In this document: piece by piece, positions 33,525 through 42,336 of the stretch
How positions within the stretch are numbered: position 1 is the stretch's first letter
Layout: each line of letters starts with the position of its first letter
Source of the DNA: Bacillota bacterium
GTDB lineage: Bacteria > Bacillota > Ch66 > Ch109
DNA length: 64,000 nucleotides
Assembly: GCA_050952625.1 (NCBI GenBank)
Contig: JBMNLH010000001.1
Span: 160,001 to 224,000, forward strand
Reading direction: 5' to 3'
The notes under the pieces: generated by a model
Seen by the model: the letters and a program-made list of their open reading frames with translations, nothing else
What the model was told of the DNA's origin: nothing
Databases searched by the model: none
Program-made: the position numbers and the translations under genes

Positions 33525-33812
33525 ATGCCGCAGATTAGACCGGTATCCGACTTGAGGAATAAATTCGCCGAAATTTCAAAGATTGTTCATGAAACTTCTG
33601 AGCCTGTTTTTCTAACGAAAAATGGGTATGGCGATATGGTTGTCATGAGTTTTCAAGCCTATGAAAAGCTTCAATTTGAAAGTGAGATATATTTCAAGCT
33701 GAAAGAGGCGGAGTTGCAAGCAAAACAAACCAATCAACGGTTTTCTCATAAGGAAGTATTTGGCAGTATACGGCAGGCCATGCAGAAAAAGGCAGACGAC
33801 CAGAATGTATAA
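33525..33812 (+). CDS. Phd/YefM family antitoxin
   Basis: MPQIRPVSDLRN, EPVFLTKNGYGDMVVMS. Confidence 0.9.
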   Translation: MPQIRPVSDLRNKFAEISKIVHETSEPVFLTKNGYGDMVVMSFQAYEKLQFESEIYFKLKEAELQAKQTNQRFSHKEVFGSIRQAMQKKADDQNV

Positions 33813-34116
33813 GCTTGTTTATCTTCCCATAGCCAAACAGGATATAACAGAGATTTTTTTGTATATATCCGACCAGTTGAAGGCACCTAAGGCCGCGCTG
33901 GATTTATTGGATGCGTTTGATCATTCGATTTCCCTATTAAGTGAGTTCCCATACGCTCATAAGATTTATCGTCCATTGCGGGCTTTGAAGGAAGAGTATC
34001 GAATGTTGCCAGTAAAGAACTATGCGGTTTTCTATACTGTTCGAGAGCCGGAGAAAGTGGTTGAAATACATCGAGTGATATATGCAAGGATGGATTTAAC
34101 AAAGTTTGTCAAATAG
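33805..34116 (+). CDS. RelE/ParE family toxin
   Basis: MYKLVYLPIAKQDI...YRMLPVKNYAVFY...VEIHRVIYARMD; overlaps the antitoxin stop. Confidence 0.9.
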   Translation: MYKLVYLPIAKQDITEIFLYISDQLKAPKAALDLLDAFDHSISLLSEFPYAHKIYRPLRALKEEYRMLPVKNYAVFYTVREPEKVVEIHRVIYARMDLTKFVK

Positions 34117-34227
34117 CAAGAAACTAAATAGACAGCCCCCATCTAAGTTGTAAGAAAGGGAAGTACCACAGCAGTATCCCGATTTTTCTTGGGAAGATTT
34201 TACGAAGAGGAGGACTGGTGAAAAAAT

Positions 34228-34560
34228 TTAATCAACCAGCATTTCTTTGATAATCTTTTTTACTTTCGCTATCTCCTCCAGGCTCAAATCGCCAATTTTC
34301 CGGCGAAGCCGGGTCTTGTCAATCGCGCGTATTTGATCCAAAACAATCCATCCAGCAATCTCATTTACCGATATTTTGACCCGCGTAGGATACCCTTCTC
34401 GGCATGTACTGGTTATTGGAGCAATGATGACCGTTCGTAAATGTTGATTCATCTCAATGGGCGAAATGATCACACATGGTCGAGTCTTATTGATTTCAGC
34501 ACCTTGAGTTGGATTTAGATCGACCCAGTAAACTGAGTATTGGTCAATGTTTTGAATCAT
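34228..34560 (-). CDS. MazF/PemK family toxin
   Basis: WVDLNPTQGAEINKTRPCVIIS, LDQIRAIDKTRL. Confidence 0.92.
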   Translation of the reverse strand: MIQNIDQYSVYWVDLNPTQGAEINKTRPCVIISPIEMNQHLRTVIIAPITSTCREGYPTRVKISVNEIAGWIVLDQIRAIDKTRLRRKIGDLSLEEIAKVKKIIKEMLVD

Positions 34561-34807
34561 CCCAATCCTCCAGCAATTCGTTGTCGATTTCTTCAGAAAT
34601 TAACAATGAATCATCTTCCTCTTTATGCATGAGTTTAAATGCTTCGACCCAGCCTTGACGAGGAGTTTTTATTGGCTTGATAATCAGGCAGTTATTCCTT
34701 ATCTCAAGCTGCACCTTAGATTCGATGCCACATTGTTTTAAGATAGTATGAGGAATCCTTATTCCTTTTGAATTACCGATTTTAATGACATCTAATTCCA
34801 TTTGCAT
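34544..34807 (-). CDS. MazE/AbrB family antitoxin
   Basis: IKIGNSKGIRIP swapped-hairpin motif, PRQGW, acidic C-terminus. Confidence 0.9.
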   Translation of the reverse strand: MQMELDVIKIGNSKGIRIPHTILKQCGIESKVQLEIRNNCLIIKPIKTPRQGWVEAFKLMHKEEDDSLLISEEIDNELLEDWDDSKH

Positions 34808-34915
34808 CCTTCCTCTCGTGATTACTATGTAATTACATTATATTGATGAGACAGGGTTTTTACAAGCGTTTTATGCTATAAAGTCTTGTGGGTTTCCTTC
34901 TGAAAATTCGACGGA

Positions 34916-35031
34916 TTGAACTCATTCAGCTTCGCTGAACATTGGGGTTTCAGATGGAGACTCTGCTCTACCTGAAGTTTAAACAAGGTAACCTCCGCTA
35001 ATCGAAGTGGGAGTCTTTTGCTTCAGATAAA
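34916..35031 (-). mobile_element. Full copy of the ~115-bp non-autonomous IS200/IS605-like element
   Basis: Three hairpins; ends TTTAT...TTCAA on the minus strand. Confidence 0.8.
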
Positions 35032-35053
35032 GTTTAACAATGGTGGGTGGAAC

Positions 35054-35785
35054 ATGAAACTAATTTGGCAACATCTCACCAGCGGTCTGGTTTATGCTCG
35101 CAGTTTTAGACTAATCCCGGCACTCGTGGGTACTGTTATCCCGTTTTTCTGGCAGCTGGTCAATTTGTACGGTACCTTGCCGGCAGTGCTTTTAATAGTT
35201 GGCGTATTTCAGATTATTATCGTAAGCATGTCCGCAATAATGTATCCTTTCTTGTTTTGGAAATTGAGATTTTTAGAGGTGTACTGCCTGGCAGCAGTAA
35301 TCATGCTGGTGGCGATTATTAGCTGGCAGGTTATTAATATTACCGCCAACCGCCGGGCGGGTTTTAAACTGATTAAGCTGCAATTTTCAACCCGTACCGC
35401 CTTGCTTTTGCTGGGCCTGCTACTGGGCCATCGTTTAATACCTCTGTCGGTATCGCCCCGGACTGTATTCTGGGATCTGCACTTAAAACCGCACCTGGCC
35501 GGACAGCTGAGATCAAGAAGCCGGGAGGAAATAATCGCTGCTATAAGACATGATTATCAACGGGCGGCCAATCTGATGGAAGATGCTATATTCTTCGGTT
35601 GTTCCCCCGGTTCGTTTAGGAAACTGCTAATTGCTGCTGGGCTTAAGGAGTCGCAGTTTGTGATGATGAAAACGACTATTCCCACAGAGCATTCAAGCAT
35701 TTTTGGCTTAAGACGGCCATTCTTTTTTTATGTTATATTTGTCCACGACCAGGCGAGTCCTGAATACAAATCTCAACATTTGTAG
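35054..35785 (+). CDS. Hypothetical membrane protein
   Basis: 3-4 hydrophobic helices followed by a soluble C-terminal domain; no recognised motif. Confidence 0.55.
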   Translation: MKLIWQHLTSGLVYARSFRLIPALVGTVIPFFWQLVNLYGTLPAVLLIVGVFQIIIVSMSAIMYPFLFWKLRFLEVYCLAAVIMLVAIISWQVINITANRRAGFKLIKLQFSTRTALLLLGLLLGHRLIPLSVSPRTVFWDLHLKPHLAGQLRSRSREEIIAAIRHDYQRAANLMEDAIFFGCSPGSFRKLLIAAGLKESQFVMMKTTIPTEHSSIFGLRRPFFFYVIFVHDQASPEYKSQHL

Positions 35786-36079
35786 CATGATCAGTAAGTA
35801 CATTATGTATCGCCTATATTCTTCAGGTTGCGTATTTGTCGCGATCAGGGAAGTGAAGCAAACCCACATATTACCTGTGACTTTTTGTGTGGAATTTCAG
35901 TTGTATATTTAATACAGTTGTTAGAACGGCAGACATTAATGCCAGATTTGAGGACAACTCCTGACGCTTGTCCAAATTATTCCAGAGTCTAGTCAGCTCA
36001 GAAACGGGAACTTTTTTTCGGAAGAATTGTCGAATAAAGAAAATCTAAGATTTTGAGAGTTTATTAGGGAGGGCACGTA

Positions 36080-37735
36080 ATGAAACAAATAAATGGCCTT
36101 AGAATTGCTGGTAAGCTAACCATGCTGGCTTTAGCTGTGCTGGTGATTGCGGCAGTTTGCCTCACTCCATCGGAGATGACATCGACCATCGCGATGTCTG
36201 ACATAGGAGTAACTATTGACGGAGAAGCAGTGGTGTTCCAAAGCGGGTATGGTAAGCCATTCATAGATGCAAATAATAGAACACTCGTGCCACTCCGCGG
36301 GGTGATGGAGTCCTTCGGGGCTGCGGTTGCCTGGGATAACCCTACCCGCACCGCCATTATCGAAAAAAACGGGATTACAGTCCAGGTGCCGATTGGACAA
36401 GCATATATTTTGGTCAATGGTGTGTCGGTGACAAATGATACCTCGGCCGTGATCAAGGACGACCGGGCGTACTTGCCGATTAGGGCTGTTCTTGAAGCCT
36501 TTGGGGCCGGCGTTTCCTGGGATGCGGTGAACAGAATTGTGGTGGTCAGAACCGATGGAACGGTTGCCGAAGGTCCCACAGATCCTAAGCAAGGTGAGGG
36601 TATATCACGCGCTGGCGAGCTTGATGCCATGTGGATTTCCTATCTTGAGTACATGGAAATGCCCAAAGATAAAGCCGGGTTTGAGGCCGCGGTCAATAGA
36701 ATGCTTGACCAGTGCGTTGATTTAGGGATGAATGCGGTTATTGTGCATGTTCGTTCCCACTGTGATGCCATGTATCCCTCCGAGTATTTTCCGTGGTCGT
36801 CTTTTGCCAGCGGACAACAGGGCGTTGACCCGGGTTACGATCCTCTTGCCTACATGATTGCAGCCGCTCACCAGCGCGGGCTGGAATTCCATGCGTGGCT
36901 GAATCCTTACCGGGTGACCGGCTACGGCTGCAATTGGGATCAGGTGGCAGCCAGCAATCCAGCTAAGGTTTGGCTTTCGGACAATAATCCTTCCAATGAC
37001 CGCTGGGTGCTCTTCCATAGAGGGGAATACTATCTGAATCCTTCGGTCCCGCAGGTGAGACAAATGGTGGTAGATGGAGTTCGGGAAATCGTGGCGCAAT
37101 ACGATGTAGATGGGATTCATTTCGATGATTACTTTTATCCTTCGGTTAACGACAATGATCCTTCGTTGTGTTTTGATAAACCGGAATATGATGTTTCAGG
37201 CAGCACTCTGAGTATCGCCAATTGGCGTCGCCAGAACGTAAATATGCTGGTTAAGGATGTCTATGCGGCAGTTAAGAAAATTGATGCTAACGTGGAATTC
37301 GGAATCAGTCCGGCCGGCAATGTGGATCGTTTACGCGATAATACTGTTTACTTTGTGGATATTGACACCTGGCTGGCAAACCCGGGTTATGTGGATTACA
37401 TTATGCCGCAGCTTTACTGGGGCTTTGAGCGAAGAGATGCTTCGGGTAATATTGCACCCTATGCCTATGAGAACAATTTAAAGACTTGGATTGGTCTGGC
37501 GGCTAAGGGAAATGCCAAATTATATATTGGTTTGAATATGGCCAACGCCGGGACGAAGGTGACTGACAATAACCCGGTTTCCGAATGGCTGCGTTACGAT
37601 GATATCATCGCCAGACAGGTATTGGCGGCTAGAGCGACAGGAAAAGTTGACGGCTTTGCCTTTTTCAGATATGCGATATTTAATAAGGGTGAAGCACAGT
37701 CGGAGGTTGCCAATTTAATTAAGGTATTGAAATAG
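36080..37735 (+). CDS. Secreted protein with copper amine oxidase-like N-terminal (stalk) domain and GHL10 glycosyl hydrolase-like domain
   Basis: Signal peptide; RTLVPLR/RAYLPIR repeats; HAWLNPYR, DGIHFDDYFYP, DYIMPQLYW. Confidence 0.88.
   Translation: MKQINGLRIAGKLTMLALAVLVIAAVCLTPSEMTSTIAMSDIGVTIDGEAVVFQSGYGKPFIDANNRTLVPLRGVMESFGAAVAWDNPTRTAIIEKNGITVQVPIGQAYILVNGVSVTNDTSAVIKDDRAYLPIRAVLEAFGAGVSWDAVNRIVVVRTDGTVAEGPTDPKQGEGISRAGELDAMWISYLEYMEMPKDKAGFEAAVNRMLDQCVDLGMNAVIVHVRSHCDAMYPSEYFPWSSFASGQQGVDPGYDPLAYMIAAAHQRGLEFHAWLNPYRVTGYGCNWDQVAASNPAKVWLSDNNPSNDRWVLFHRGEYYLNPSVPQVRQMVVDGVREIVAQYDVDGIHFDDYFYPSVNDNDPSLCFDKPEYDVSGSTLSIANWRRQNVNMLVKDVYAAVKKIDANVEFGISPAGNVDRLRDNTVYFVDIDTWLANPGYVDYIMPQLYWGFERRDASGNIAPYAYENNLKTWIGLAAKGNAKLYIGLNMANAGTKVTDNNPVSEWLRYDDIIARQVLAARATGKVDGFAFFRYAIFNKGEAQSEVANLIKVLK
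37389..37458 (+). repeat. Copy 1 of a ~70-bp direct repeat (inside the GHL10 gene)
   Basis: Nearly identical to 41882-41951. Confidence 0.85.
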
Positions 37736-37774
37736 ATAAATGCGCCTACGGCTTTATTTGCCCGAGTATAAACT

Positions 37775-37800
37775 AAAACCCCTCATAATTGAGGGGTTTT
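37775..37800 (+). terminator. Intrinsic terminator after the GHL10 gene
   Basis: AAAACCCCTCA-TAAT-TGAGGGGTTTT. Confidence 0.8.
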
Positions 37801-37997
37801 GCCGGGGATTTGTGATTTGGCTTTTTTAGGATTAATATTATTTTATTTGTAATATCTATAGCATCCTTTACATTATAGAATATTTATTATAAGATATAAC
37901 TATGTAGCAAAATATCTCTTTGCATAAAATGTAAATTATCGAGAATTCATTTATCTATTTTTTCAATTAAAAAACCATAACCTCAAAAAAACAAAAA

Positions 37998-38283
37998 GAA
38001 AGGTGGTGCCGGCCTGGTTTCCTGAGCAGCATTACCAAAGGGAAGCTACTAGCGTAAATTTCTCCGTGTTGCTTAGACAACAGCGAAAGTCGGACGCGGG
38101 TAAATTTAAATCGGTGGTGGGTAACCTCACCTTCGGGCAGGACGCCGTAAGCGGCGGTCAAAACCCACCCGAAGCACCAGCGAGAGCTGGTGGCTTAGTA
38201 GCTAAATCCTGTGAATGCTACCGCTCGTTTGTTGAATGAGTGAAAAACCTATTTAAAAGTATTGATGGGTTTAGAAACCAGGA
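37998..38283 (+). ncRNA. Candidate structured leader RNA (long form, with ~180-nt insert) upstream of rplY
   Basis: CCTGGTTTC (38013-38021) pairs with GAAACCAGG (38274-38282); several internal stems with GNRA-type loops; scaffold shared with 57624-57740. Confidence 0.7.
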
Positions 38284-38289
38284 ACAGAT

Positions 38290-38925
38290 ATGAGTAGTAT
38301 ACTGCAAGCCCAATCGCGTGAACTAAGTACCAAAGGATCCTTACGTAAGCTAAGAGAAGCAGGCTATATTCCCGGAATAATTTATGGAGGGAAAAAGCCG
38401 AATCGGAACATTACATTTAAGCGTAAAGAACTGGAATACATACTGGCGCATTCGGGAAAAGGAATCAATACTTTGCTTGAAATTAACCTAGATGGCGAAA
38501 AGAGTGCTGAATCTGATAAAGTAATGATATATGATATTCAAATAGATCCCGTTCGCCGCAGAGTAATCCATGTTGATTATTGCAGGATCTCTATGGCCGA
38601 GAAAGTAACTGCTGAGGTCCCTCTGACCTGGGTCGGCGAATCGCAAGGAGTAAAAGAAGGGGGGCAGTTACAGCCCATTTTACGCTCAATAAGGATTGAA
38701 TGTCTGCCTAACAAAATCCCAAATGACCTTGAAATAGAAGTCGCTGATTTGGGGATTGGCGACAGCATCACGGTTGCCGACATACCGTTATCGCCGGATT
38801 TTACAATATTGAACGATCCACAGGAAATAGTGGTGCAGATCGTTGCTCCAAGGGTTAGGATAGAAAGCACAGTTGAGACAAACAAACCTGATGCAGATGT
38901 AGAAGCAGGTCCGGTTAACAGTTAA
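38290..38925 (+). CDS. rplY: 50S ribosomal protein L25 / general stress protein Ctc
   Basis: RKLREAGYIPGIIYG, QIDPVRRRVIHVD, GVKEGG, ECLPNKIP. Confidence 0.92.
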   Translation: MSSILQAQSRELSTKGSLRKLREAGYIPGIIYGGKKPNRNITFKRKELEYILAHSGKGINTLLEINLDGEKSAESDKVMIYDIQIDPVRRRVIHVDYCRISMAEKVTAEVPLTWVGESQGVKEGGQLQPILRSIRIECLPNKIPNDLEIEVADLGIGDSITVADIPLSPDFTILNDPQEIVVQIVAPRVRIESTVETNKPDADVEAGPVNS

Positions 38926-38996
38926 CTCAAAAAAGAGGTAATGAAAAAGCCATAGAGTTAAACGTTGGGTGCCGAGATATTGAGGTAATGACTACT

Positions 38997-39036
38997 ACGC
39001 CGGTCGAGGTTGAGAAACCTTAACCGGCGTTCTTTT
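38997..39036 (+). terminator. Intrinsic terminator after rplY
   Basis: ACGCCGGT..AGGTT/AACCT..ACCGGCGT followed by TCTTTT. Confidence 0.75.
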
Positions 39037-39069
39037 ATTCAAAATTTTAAATTATATCTATACTAAAAG

Positions 39070-39129
39070 ACACATTGACATCTATCGATGTGTTGCCTAC
39101 AATAACATATATCGAAAGATATGAATATA
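39070..39129 (+). promoter_or_regulatory. SigmaA promoter with ArsR-type operator
   Basis: TTGACA(39075)-N17-TACAAT(39098); inverted repeat ACACATTGA..TCGATGTGT overlapping the -35. Confidence 0.75.
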
Positions 39130-39157
39130 ATTATCAAAAGTACTTGAAGGTGAAGAT

Positions 39158-39466
39158 ATGGAAAAAGAATATAAAAAATATGCATTATTGCTGAAAGCTC
39201 TTGGCGATGAAACCAGGGTAAAAATTTTTGCCATGTTATCGCAGGGGGAAAGGTGTGCCTGCAAGATTTTAGAGGAGGTTGCCATTAGTCAGTCAACCCT
39301 TTCCTATCATATGAAAATTTTATGTGATAGTGGTTTAGTAAAGGGCAGGCGTGATGGAATTTGGATGCGCTATACGATTAATGCGGATACTCTCGCTCTG
39401 TTAAAGGAGTTTTTTAACGCCATAGAATCATCCAATCTGGAGCTCAATATAGATTGTGACTGCTAA
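39158..39466 (+). CDS. arsR: ArsR/SmtB family repressor
   Basis: KALGDETRVKI, ERCAC, SQSTLSYHMKIL, C-terminal CDC. Confidence 0.85.
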   Translation: MEKEYKKYALLLKALGDETRVKIFAMLSQGERCACKILEEVAISQSTLSYHMKILCDSGLVKGRRDGIWMRYTINADTLALLKEFFNAIESSNLELNIDCDC

Positions 39467-39481
39467 AGGGGAGTAAGTGCA

Positions 39482-39597
39482 GTGAACTCGTTCAGCTTCG
39501 TTGAACATCGAGGCTTCAGATAGAGACTCTACTCCACCTGAAGTTTAAACAAGGTAACCCCCACTTATAGAAGTGGGAGTCTTTTGATTCAGATTAA
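39482..39597 (-). mobile_element. Full copy of the ~115-bp element
   Basis: GTGAACTCGTTCAGC...CCCACTTATAGAAGTGGGAGTCTTTTGATTCAGAT. Confidence 0.85.
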
Positions 39598-39645
39598 AAT
39601 TTACTTAGATATGAGGATGAAGAAAATGAAAGGAGTCTCAATAAT

Positions 39646-39885
39646 ATGGAAATCAAGATCTTAGGACCGGGCTGCGCTAAATGCCATGCCCTTGAAAAAG
39701 CCGTTGGCGAGGTTGTTCGGGAAATGGGTATTGAGGCAAAGGTGGACCACGTTAAGGATATTAAAGAAATCATGAGTTATGGTATCATGCTTACTCCTGG
39801 CCTGGTGATTAACGGAAAAGTTAAGTCTTCCGGCAAAGTAGTCAATAAGAATGATATAAAAAAGTTCATTAATCAGGAGAAATAA
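39646..39885 (+). CDS. Small redox-active disulfide (thioredoxin-like, MTH895/ArsE-type) protein
   Basis: IKILGPGCAKC, YGIMLTPGLVING. Confidence 0.88.
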   Translation: MEIKILGPGCAKCHALEKAVGEVVREMGIEAKVDHVKDIKEIMSYGIMLTPGLVINGKVKSSGKVVNKNDIKKFINQEK

Positions 39886-39894
39886 GTAACTAAA

Positions 39895-40010
39895 GTGAAC
39901 TCGTTCAGCTTCGCTGAACATCGAGGCTTCAAATGGAGACTCTACTCCACCTGAAGTTTAAACAAGGTAACCCCCGCTTATAGAAGTGGAAGTCTTTTGA
40001 TTCGGATAAA
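39895..40010 (-). mobile_element. Full copy of the ~115-bp element
   Basis: Same sequence as 39482-39597 with a few substitutions; ends ...TTCGGATAAA. Confidence 0.85.
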
Positions 40011-40025
40011 TTGGAGGTGCGCGTT

Positions 40026-40832
40026 TTGTATAATAAAGAAGAAATTAGAGAAGTAATCAGAAAAAATTATGCTGAGGTTGCACTGAAAGGTTCGGAAGGA
40101 GGATGCTGCAGCGGAGGCTGTAGTTGTAGCGGCCCACAGTTAATTATTAAGGACACATCCCTTAATATCGGTTATTCTGAAAGCGATCTTAAGGCTGTTC
40201 CTATTGAGGCAAATATGGGATTGGGATGTGGAAATCCAATTGCTATTGCTGCACTTAAAGAGGGTGAAGTGGTACTTGACCTCGGTAGTGGTGGTGGATT
40301 TGATTGTTTCTTAGCCAGGATGCAGGTAGGAGAAAGCGGATTCGTGATTGGCGTGGATATGACGCCAGAAATGATTAAGTTATCCAGACAAAACGCTGAG
40401 AAAAGTGGCTATAACAATGTTGAATTCCGGTTGGGAGAAATTGAGCACTTACCGGTGGCTGATGGAATAGTTGATGTCCTAATATCAAACTGTGTAATCA
40501 ATTTATCAGTCGAAAAGCAGAAGGTATTTAATGAAGCGTATCGAGTGCTTAAACCTGGAGGTCGTATTTGTATCTCTGATATTGTGGCCACAGCAGAATT
40601 GCCGGAGCACATTAAGAATGATCTTGCTTGTATGGTTGGCTGTATAGCTGGAGCTGAGTATGTAGAAAACATTAGAATGATGCTCCAGAATGCTGGTTTT
40701 AAAAATATTCGCTTACAACCTAAAAGTAACAGCAAAGATATAGTTAAAAGCTGGGCTCCAGGCAAGAACATAGAGGAATTTGTGGCCTCCTATATAATTG
40801 AGGCAGAAAAAGGCCAAAATCATAAGATATGA
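40026..40832 (+). CDS. arsM: Arsenite S-adenosylmethionine methyltransferase
   Basis: N-terminal CC, LGCGNP, VLDLGSGGGFDCF, ISNCVINL, GCIAGA; TTG start after GGAGG. Confidence 0.9.
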   Translation: MYNKEEIREVIRKNYAEVALKGSEGGCCSGGCSCSGPQLIIKDTSLNIGYSESDLKAVPIEANMGLGCGNPIAIAALKEGEVVLDLGSGGGFDCFLARMQVGESGFVIGVDMTPEMIKLSRQNAEKSGYNNVEFRLGEIEHLPVADGIVDVLISNCVINLSVEKQKVFNEAYRVLKPGGRICISDIVATAELPEHIKNDLACMVGCIAGAEYVENIRMMLQNAGFKNIRLQPKSNSKDIVKSWAPGKNIEEFVASYIIEAEKGQNHKI

Positions 40833-40888
40833 GGAAATAGGGAGAGGAACCGAAGTGAGAGTGTGATTGTTAAGGGAGAGTACACTAA

Positions 40889-41887
40889 ATGTTTAAATGG
40901 CTAAATGATCAGTTGCTAAGGATGGAGTGGCTATCCAATTTAGTGAAGTCTTTGGTAGAAGATGTCTTCGGTTTAAATATCCAAGAACAACTGGGTGGGA
41001 GTATCCATTTCTTCATTTATGATGTGATTAAGATATTTATCCTGCTTTCCATACTGATTTTCGCCATATCTTATATCCAGAGTTATTTCCCGCCGGAAAG
41101 AACGAAGAGGATATTGGGGAGGTTTAATGGAATTTTCGCCAATGTCCTCGGGGCAGCTTTCGGAACCGTAACCCCGTTTTGCTCGTGCTCCTCTATCCCA
41201 ATTTTCATAGGATTTACAAGTGCCGGATTGCCCATTGGGGTAACCTTTTCTTTTTTGATTTCTTCCCCATTGGTAGATATAGCAGCAGTAATTTTGCTGG
41301 CCGGCATATTTAACTGGAAGATTGCTATTGCTTATGTTTTGGTTGGTCTACTACTGGCTGTTATAGGCGGAACCGCTATCAGCAAGTTAAAGCTGGAAAA
41401 GTATGTGGAGTCTTTTGTCTTTAGCAACAAGATTATTGAAATGGAACAGGAAGACCTGACAACTAGGGACAGAATAGAATTTGCTAAGAACCAGGTAACG
41501 GATATCGTGAAAAGGGTATGGCTGTATATTTTGATCGGTGTCGGAGTTGGAGCTGCTATCCACAACTGGATTCCGGAACCGATTATAGCCGCTATATTAG
41601 GACAAGATAAATGGTATTCTGTACTGGTGGCAACGCTGGTAGGAATTCCTATGTATGCCGACATTTTCGGGACACTGCCAGTTGCCGAAGCATTGGTAGG
41701 AAAAGGAGTCGGCTTGGGGACCGCCTTGTCATTTATGATGGGGGTAACAACCCTTTCGCTCCCCTCCCTGATTATGCTGAAAAACGTTGTGAAAATAGAA
41801 TTACTAGCAACCTTCGTAGGAGTTGTTACCGTAGGTATACTAATTATTGGTTATACCTTTAATGCGATCGGATATCTCTTCATGTAG
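40889..41887 (+). CDS. ArsP-like (DUF318) permease
   Basis: TPFCSCSSIP, FLISSP, GIPMYAD motifs; multiple TM helices; ars context. Confidence 0.85.
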   Translation: MFKWLNDQLLRMEWLSNLVKSLVEDVFGLNIQEQLGGSIHFFIYDVIKIFILLSILIFAISYIQSYFPPERTKRILGRFNGIFANVLGAAFGTVTPFCSCSSIPIFIGFTSAGLPIGVTFSFLISSPLVDIAAVILLAGIFNWKIAIAYVLVGLLLAVIGGTAISKLKLEKYVESFVFSNKIIEMEQEDLTTRDRIEFAKNQVTDIVKRVWLYILIGVGVGAAIHNWIPEPIIAAILGQDKWYSVLVATLVGIPMYADIFGTLPVAEALVGKGVGLGTALSFMMGVTTLSLPSLIMLKNVVKIELLATFVGVVTVGILIIGYTFNAIGYLFM

Positions 41888-41951
41888 GATTACATCATCC
41901 GCAGCTTTACTGGGACTTTGAGCGAAGAGATGCTTCAGGTAATATTCCACC
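41882..41951 (+). repeat. Copy 2 of the ~70-bp direct repeat
   Basis: Matches 37389-37458; overlaps the stop codons of the convergent permease and P-II genes. Confidence 0.85.
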
Positions 41952-42251
41952 TACTTTTTCGATATCTAAAACAAGGGCTATTCCATGATGTGGTTTATTA
42001 AATTTTCCAGCTTCTAAAATGACACCAAAAACTCGATCGACAAACTGCTGCGATACAATAGTATAAATAATTTCGCATTGGGGCTCAATTTTTAGGTTTA
42101 AAAATAAAGTAGGGTTATCATCACTAATCATCCTACCTAATAAAACAGTACTTTTCTTTACACCTTCTTTTTCAAGAGCATCCAATACCTTTTCAGTTCT
42201 ATTCTTTGCCACAATCGTAATAATTAACTTAAGGTCTTTGGAAATACTCAT
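41907..42251 (-). CDS. P-II family signalling protein
   Basis: LIITIV, STVLLGR, EIIYTIV, PHHGIALVLDIEKVGG. Confidence 0.75.
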   Translation of the reverse strand: MSISKDLKLIITIVAKNRTEKVLDALEKEGVKKSTVLLGRMISDDNPTLFLNLKIEPQCEIIYTIVSQQFVDRVFGVILEAGKFNKPHHGIALVLDIEKVGGILPEASLRSKSQ

Positions 42252-42336
42252 AATTTAGCCACTCCTTATAAAATTATAACTAGGTAAAGAAACTTGCTTT
42301 ATATCCATCCATAGGTTTCCTCTACCACAAAAAATT

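Noticed and set aside
38003-38239. 78-aa ORF (and 64-aa antisense ORF) upstream of rplY
   Set aside because: No recognisable protein features; better explained as structured RNA
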